Source: an uncultured Gemmatimonadales bacterium
GTDB lineage: Bacteria; Gemmatimonadota; Gemmatimonadetes; Gemmatimonadales; GWC2-71-9
Length of the DNA stretch: 64,000 bases
NCBI GenBank assembly: GCA_963828735.1
Contig: CAWHFW010000005.1
Location: forward strand, 384,001 to 448,000
Direction: 5' to 3'
Under the pieces are notes generated by a model. The model had not been told where the DNA came from. It did no database searches and saw nothing but the letters and a program-made list of their open reading frames with translations. The translations under genes and the position numbers were made by a program. Shown piece after piece: positions 59,104-64,000 of this stretch. Each line of letters starts with the position of its first letter. The stretch's first letter is position 1.

Positions 59104-60247
59104 TCACGCGCTCTCGCACAAATCGAGGAACCGGAGCTCTCCACCCTGGCGATGCATCACGCCGCTCCGCTCTAGGTCGAGCATCCCCGCCACCAGGCCC
59201 TCCTCCGGGTGAAAGAACAGGGCGTGCAGCGCCCGCTGGGTGCGTGATCCCTCGACCGCCGGATACTCCGTGAGCGGGAGCTGAAAGTAGGTATGCAGCT
59301 CGACGCTCTCACACCCGGCCCGTGCGTAGTCCAGCACCATCCGCCCGGAGCAGACGTTTCCGGTCCCGACGAGCGGCGGCAATCGTCGCCCCTCCTGTCG
59401 CGCCGCGCGGAGCACGCGCAGATTGCGCTCGCTCAGGTCCCAGCCGCCGTACGCGACGCTCGATCCGGCGTCCCACAGCCGGTTGAAGCACACGAGGGCG
59501 TCCGCCCCGGCCACGGCCGCGAGCATCTCGCGCTGGAAGGCGTCGTCGAATCGCGCGTTCATGAGCTTGATCGCGAGCCGGAGCGGCGCAGCTCCGGCGG
59601 CCCGACGGATCTGGCCCGGCACCTCGCGCACCCAGCGGAGGATTCGGCCCCGCTCGTCGGCGAGCGCGTCCCCGGCGAGCGTGGGCGAGAAGTCCTTCTC
59701 CAGCGGCAGATCGCCCGCGCCCCAGGCCTCCGCGATCCGGCTGGTGGTGTACCGGTATTCCTCCGAGCGGAACGGCTCATCGCAGGCGCGGCAGGTGGTA
59801 CTTGACCGACGGCACGGCGAGCAGGGCGCCCGCGCGGGTCAAGTCGCCAGCGGCACGGACCAGCGCGAGATAGTCGCCGAACGAGCGGTCCCAGCCCCTG
59901 CCCTTCCAGGTCACGGTCCAGCCGGTCCTCCCGCCCGTCGCCTCTCGAGGCTCGACCTTCATCCGGGACTCGTGGATCGCCCACGCGCCCATCGACCGCT
60001 CGCCCTCGGCATCCTCGGCGATCACGGTCTTGAGCACGACGAAGGCGAGACCCGCCTCGCGATCCGTGTCGAGCTGATCGACGTTGAGCGAGAGCTGGCC
60101 CGAGCCCTTGCCGACGGGGTGCGGAATCTCGAATCCCAGGTAGCGCGCGGTGAGGTCGATGCCGTACGTCTCGCGCACGTACGCTGCCGGGGCGGGCGGC
60201 ATTGCGCGGCCGAACCGCTCGAAGTCAGCCGCCAGCCGCTCGCGCAT
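59104..60247 (-). CDS. Dihydroorotate-dehydrogenase-like FMN TIM-barrel protein, frameshifted near 59780
   Basis: Y.G..I.HP.GK.SG.LS, VVLKT, then in another frame EKDFSP, IKLMN, FNR, GTGNV, GCESV. Confidence 0.72.
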
Positions 60248-61115
60248 CGCGGACGGCGCGCTCGACCTCGTCGCGCTCTTCGGGTGGCAAAGCCGGTCCC
60301 CACGGATCGTTGCACGCGTCCGCCGGCAGCGCGCCGTCCGCCGCCGCGGCCCACAGCATTCGGCGGACGTAGCCTTCCATCGGAGGAATGAACGTCGCCT
60401 CGGCGAGCCGGTCGCAGGCCGCGGATCGGGCGTGGAAGGCCGCCCAGTCACGGTCGGCGAACGCCCGGAGCAGCCCCGCCTGGAGGCCCGGCAGCGCGGC
60501 GCCCATCCCGATGAGGGCCGCGCGCGCCCCCAGCATGAGGGAGTAGCCGAGGAAGCGGTCTTCGCCGGTGATGAGCACCTTGTCGGGATGGGAGCGGAGC
60601 AGGCCGGCGAGGTGCTGGAAGGTCATCACGGAATCGAGCGTCGCGATCTTGATGCCGATGACCCCGGGCAGATCCATGATCGCGTGAAGCGTGGCGTCAT
60701 CGTAGGCCACCCCACCCGCGGCCTCGTACAGCCAGAAGGCGATCACCGGCAGCTCGCGGCTCAGCCGCGCGTGGTACCTCACCGGATCATCGCGCTCGGG
60801 AAAGGCGAGCAAGGCGTCGGCCCGGCCGCGGCGCGCCTCGATGGCCATGGTGATGTCGCGCGCGCCGGCGACGATGATCCGCTCGGGCAACGCCTCGCGC
60901 CAGGTCTCGAGCACGACGCGTCGCTGGTCCGCCGAGAGGTGCGGCCCGCGCCCCGTGTGCGCCCACACGGCGACTCCGGCCACCGGCTGATGGCTCATCC
61001 AGGCGGCGTACCCACGCTGAGCCGCCTCGTCCAACGCATCGCCGCGAAAGGGCACCGGTACGGCCGGGATCAGGCCCCACTGCAGCCGTTCACCGAGCGA
61101 GGTCACCGCACTCAC
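60225..61115 (-). CDS. Dihydrodipicolinate synthase (DapA/NAL) family aldolase/lyase
   Basis: PA.P.PF...D, HTGRG..LS..R, LY, GIK, GED; GTG 61115 overlaps the upstream stop. Confidence 0.85.
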   Translation of the reverse strand: MSAVTSLGERLQWGLIPAVPVPFRGDALDEAAQRGYAAWMSHQPVAGVAVWAHTGRGPHLSADQRRVVLETWREALPERIIVAGARDITMAIEARRGRADALLAFPERDDPVRYHARLSRELPVIAFWLYEAAGGVAYDDATLHAIMDLPGVIGIKIATLDSVMTFQHLAGLLRSHPDKVLITGEDRFLGYSLMLGARAALIGMGAALPGLQAGLLRAFADRDWAAFHARSAACDRLAEATFIPPMEGYVRRMLWAAAADGALPADACNDPWGPALPPEERDEVERAVRDARAAGG

Positions 61116-61885
61116 CGGCCGGCGAGAGTGCGGGCGTTCCCACTCTCGATGGCCGCCCGATCGCCGGGCGCGAGGTCCAGAAGGTCGAGCTTGGCGCCCG
61201 CGTTTTCCGGCAGCCGCAGCGGCTGGCCGGTGCCGAGGACGAAGCGGGCGGGGCCCACGGTGCCGAGGAGCGTCTGCAGGTGATCCTCCGGCGGACCCCA
61301 GATCCAGCAGATGTCCCACCAGATGCGCGACGCCTCGGCGGGCGTGGACCCGAAGTGCACCTCCTCCACGAACGGGCGGTCCGCGTGGGTGACCAGCACC
61401 CGAACGCGCGGATCGCTCCGGATCAGCGCGCGCACCGCGGCGGCCGGCAGCTCGGGAGCGATGTCGTTCGGATGCCGCTGGCGGCCGTCCTCGAACCGCA
61501 CCGCGAGCGAGAGCGCGACGTTTGCCTCGCCGCATGCCGCGGCGAGCGCGCGCATGGCCGGGCCGGCGGGATCGATACCGTAGAACGTGGGATCCGCCCG
61601 GACCGCCGGCGCGCCGGCGTCCGCCGCCGCGCGCAACGCGTCGCGCCAGTCGGCGAGCCCCGGATGCACCGCCGGAACCGGGCGGAGGCGCCGGTGCCCG
61701 CGGGTGAGCTCGAGGAGCCAGGCGTTGCCCTCGGTCGGGTCGCGCCAGAAGACGCTAGGCAGATGGGTCACCCAGGCGTCGTCGATTCCCACCCGGTCCA
61801 TCGCCGCCACCACGGCCTCGGGCGCGGTGCCCGGCACGCGGCGGAAGGGATAGGAGCCGACGAACGCGTTGACGTCGGTTCGCAT
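61112..61885 (-). CDS. Amidohydrolase-2 family protein (divergent, lacks HxH)
   Basis: DVNAF.G.YPF, MDR.GID, GN..L, P...HP, R..LGT..P; TGATG coupling. Confidence 0.8.
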   Translation of the reverse strand: MRTDVNAFVGSYPFRRVPGTAPEAVVAAMDRVGIDDAWVTHLPSVFWRDPTEGNAWLLELTRGHRRLRPVPAVHPGLADWRDALRAAADAGAPAVRADPTFYGIDPAGPAMRALAAACGEANVALSLAVRFEDGRQRHPNDIAPELPAAAVRALIRSDPRVRVLVTHADRPFVEEVHFGSTPAEASRIWWDICWIWGPPEDHLQTLLGTVGPARFVLGTGQPLRLPENAGAKLDLLDLAPGDRAAIESGNARTLAGR

Positions 61886-62685
61886 CAGTCCGTGGGAAAC
61901 GCGCCGGCAGGGAAGATCGCCGCGGCGTTGCGCCAGCGGACGCGATCGAGGTCGGCGGCCGGCAGCAGATGCTCCAGGTAGCGAAGCTTGGCCCAGCCGG
62001 TCTCGATGGTGAGATCGCAGCCCCACAGGAGTCGCTCGACGCCGACCGCCTCGAGGCAAGCCTCGAGCATGCCACCGTCTACCCCGCTCCCAGACAGGTC
62101 CACGTACACGTTGGGCAGCGAGCGGAGATCGTGCAGCGAGTGGAGCCAGTCGCCGCCGCCGCCGATGTGCGCGAGCAGGAACGGCACGCGCGGGTGACGC
62201 ACGGCCAGCTCGCCAAGCTCGCGCGCGTCCGACGCCTCCTGCCCGGGCCAGTCGCGGCGGCGGTGTTGCCAGATGTGGTGCAGGACGGGGACCCCCCGCT
62301 CGGCGGCGAGGCGGCAGATGGGGTCGAGCAGCGGATCGTTCGCGCGGCGGCTGGCGGCGAGCTTGACCCCGACCATGCCCGCATCGAGACAACGCCCGAT
62401 CTCGGCGAGGGACTCCTCGGTGTAGTTCGGGTTCACGGCGACGTAGCCGCGGACGCGATCGGGGTGTTGGCGCTGCAGCGCGAGCAGCCAGTCGTTCGCG
62501 TAGCGCAGGTCGGGCAAGGACGGGAAATAGGTGGGCGACGTCGCGCCCCAGCTTCCGAGGATCGACGCGACATGGACGGTGATGCCCACGCGTTCCCCCG
62601 CCCCGAGCCGGCTGGCGTTCCGTTCACGCCAATCGCTGCGTGGCGTGCGATCGTGCAGGAAGTGCGCGTGGACGTCGATCAGCAA
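61885..62685 (-). CDS. Amidohydrolase-2 family protein
   Basis: IDVHAH, GY..VNP, GVKL, PVLHH, AHIGG, NVYVD.SG, LWG.D. Confidence 0.9.
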   Translation of the reverse strand: MLIDVHAHFLHDRTPRSDWRERNASRLGAGERVGITVHVASILGSWGATSPTYFPSLPDLRYANDWLLALQRQHPDRVRGYVAVNPNYTEESLAEIGRCLDAGMVGVKLAASRRANDPLLDPICRLAAERGVPVLHHIWQHRRRDWPGQEASDARELGELAVRHPRVPFLLAHIGGGGDWLHSLHDLRSLPNVYVDLSGSGVDGGMLEACLEAVGVERLLWGCDLTIETGWAKLRYLEHLLPAADLDRVRWRNAAAIFPAGAFPTD

Positions 62686-62759
62686 CCGGGGTCGGCTCCG
62701 GGCAGGGGGTGCCTGGACAATCTAAACGGGAGTCAGGGAAAGCCGGGTAGCGGGAGTCG

Positions 62760-63938
62760 CTACGAGCCCAGCCCTCCCAGCACCTCCCCCAGCACGCCGA
62801 CCACCCGTTCCACGTCGCGCTCCCCGTGCGCCATGCTCACGAAGTTGTACGGACTTCGCTTGAACAGCACTCCGCGCCGTGCCGTCTCGACCGCTACCCG
62901 CGCGCCGACAGCTTCGTCGTGGAACAGGAGACAGCACATCTCGGGGAGTCCACCAACGCCACGAACGTGGCTCGGGTGGCGCTCAGCGAGCCCGCGGAGC
63001 CCGTCCATCAACCACGCGCCGATCCTGCCGAGCTGCTCGGGCACGCGGCGAGCCTCCAGCACGCCCAGCGTCGCGCGGGCCGCGGCGAGCGAGACGAACT
63101 CCGTCGCGAGCGTGGAGGAGACCCAGGTACGAGCGACGCCGGCCATGAGGTCGGTGCGTCCGCCGACCGCGGCGAGCGGAAATCCGTTGGCGATGGCCTT
63201 GCCCATCACCACGAGATCAGGCCGGACCCCGAACCGCTCGCACGCGCCGCCCAACGCCAGGCGACCGATCGTCTTGATCTCGTCGGCGATCAGCACGGCC
63301 CCGGCCCGATCCGTCTCCTCGCGCAGCACCGCGAGCCACTGCGGATCCGGCGCGGCGAGGATCACCGGCTCGAACACCACCGCCGCCAGCGTGCTGCCTG
63401 CGCGACGGATCAGCTCGCGGGACCGCTCCGGGTCGTTGAACGGGATCTCTGCATACAGCGCCCGCGTCCCTGCCGGAACACCGCGGGCGTCCTGGCCCTG
63501 GCACCAGTCGAGCCAGCCGTGGTACCCGCACCCGAGCACGGCCTCCCGCCCCGTTGCGGTGCGCGCGAGCCGCACGGCGGCGGCCATCGCCTCCGCGCCC
63601 GTCTTGAGAAAGCGCACCTGTTCGATCCACGGCATGATCCGGCGGAGGTCGGCGGCCAGCTCCGCCTCGAGCACCGGCGGGAGCGGTCCCACCACGCCGT
63701 TTCCGACCGCGAGGACGGCGGCGGCGTTCACCTCCGCGTGGCCGTACCCGAGGGCGACCGCGCCGAGCGCCATGATCAGGTCGAGATATTCCCTGCCCTC
63801 CTCGTCCCACACCCTGCAGCCGGACGAGCGGGTCATCCTGTGCGGGAGCTCGGGATAGTCGCCGGCGAAGAGGGCCTCGGGCCGCTTGCTCCCGGTGGAC
63901 GTGTACCCCGCGACGGCGCCGACCGTCTCGTCGCTCAT
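62760..63938 (-). CDS. Class III PLP aminotransferase (glutamate-1-semialdehyde aminomutase-like)
   Basis: G..VWD..G.EY.D...LG...LGY, KTG.EA, GYHGW, FEP, DEIKT, GKAIANG.P; ATG 63938. Confidence 0.9.
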   Translation of the reverse strand: MSDETVGAVAGYTSTGSKRPEALFAGDYPELPHRMTRSSGCRVWDEEGREYLDLIMALGAVALGYGHAEVNAAAVLAVGNGVVGPLPPVLEAELAADLRRIMPWIEQVRFLKTGAEAMAAAVRLARTATGREAVLGCGYHGWLDWCQGQDARGVPAGTRALYAEIPFNDPERSRELIRRAGSTLAAVVFEPVILAAPDPQWLAVLREETDRAGAVLIADEIKTIGRLALGGACERFGVRPDLVVMGKAIANGFPLAAVGGRTDLMAGVARTWVSSTLATEFVSLAAARATLGVLEARRVPEQLGRIGAWLMDGLRGLAERHPSHVRGVGGLPEMCCLLFHDEAVGARVAVETARRGVLFKRSPYNFVSMAHGERDVERVVGVLGEVLGGLGS

Positions 63939-64000
63939 CCGAGCTCCAGCGTTCCGAACGCCTCGAGCGCCTGGCGATCGCCGCGGAGATAAACCCACCC
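63935..64000 (-). CDS. 3' end of an upstream gene (partial, unidentified)
   Basis: GWVYLRGDRQALEAFGTLELG-TGA; the stop overlaps the aminotransferase ATG (ATGA). Confidence 0.55.
   Translation of the reverse strand, partial: GWVYLRGDRQALEAFGTLELG

Noticed and set aside
59777..59779. In-frame TGA as selenocysteine or readthrough
   Set aside because: The downstream homologous sequence is in a different frame, so readthrough would not restore it.
62760..63938. Assigning the symbol hemL
   Set aside because: Divergent N-terminus (TSTGSKRP) and no haem context; only the class III family is supported.
1..64000. Hundreds of long overlapping or antisense ORFs in the track (e.g. 20397-22211, 54899-57076, 39651-41567, 61969-63858)
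   Set aside because: Shadows of real genes in high-GC DNA; Arg/Gly/Pro-rich with no family motifs.

Overview
A very GC-rich (visually ~70%) bacterial chromosomal window. It is most likely from Gemmatimonadota; this is inferred from the Ig-repeat lipoproteins, the Ser/Thr kinase-TPR protein and the small 'ERLDFxER' membrane proteins. From left to right it holds: a partial PAS hybrid histidine kinase; a Kelch lipoprotein; a tRNA-Leu(GAG)/tRNA-Thr(CGT) pair; four tandem Ig-like-domain lipoproteins; SURF1; an M19 dipeptidase; exported msrA-msrB; an M13 peptidase; and an ArsR-SRPBCC gene with a clear promoter/operator. A patchwork of small accessory genes and gene remnants follows (~23-38 kb), including an AAC(2')-like GNAT and a REC-TrxB/cNMP-histidine kinase module. 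The right part carries a dihaem cytochrome c, a Ser/Thr kinase, a YIDP-peptide/NoeA-like/sulfatase-like operon, an LVIVD-propeller/multicopper oxidase operon, a penicillin acylase, a GH38 alpha-mannosidase, an uncharacterised five-gene enzyme operon and a class III aminotransferase. I found no CRISPR array, rRNA, transposase or integrase. Three genes carry single-base frameshifts that may be assembly errors. All family calls come from recognising motifs by eye; no database search was run.
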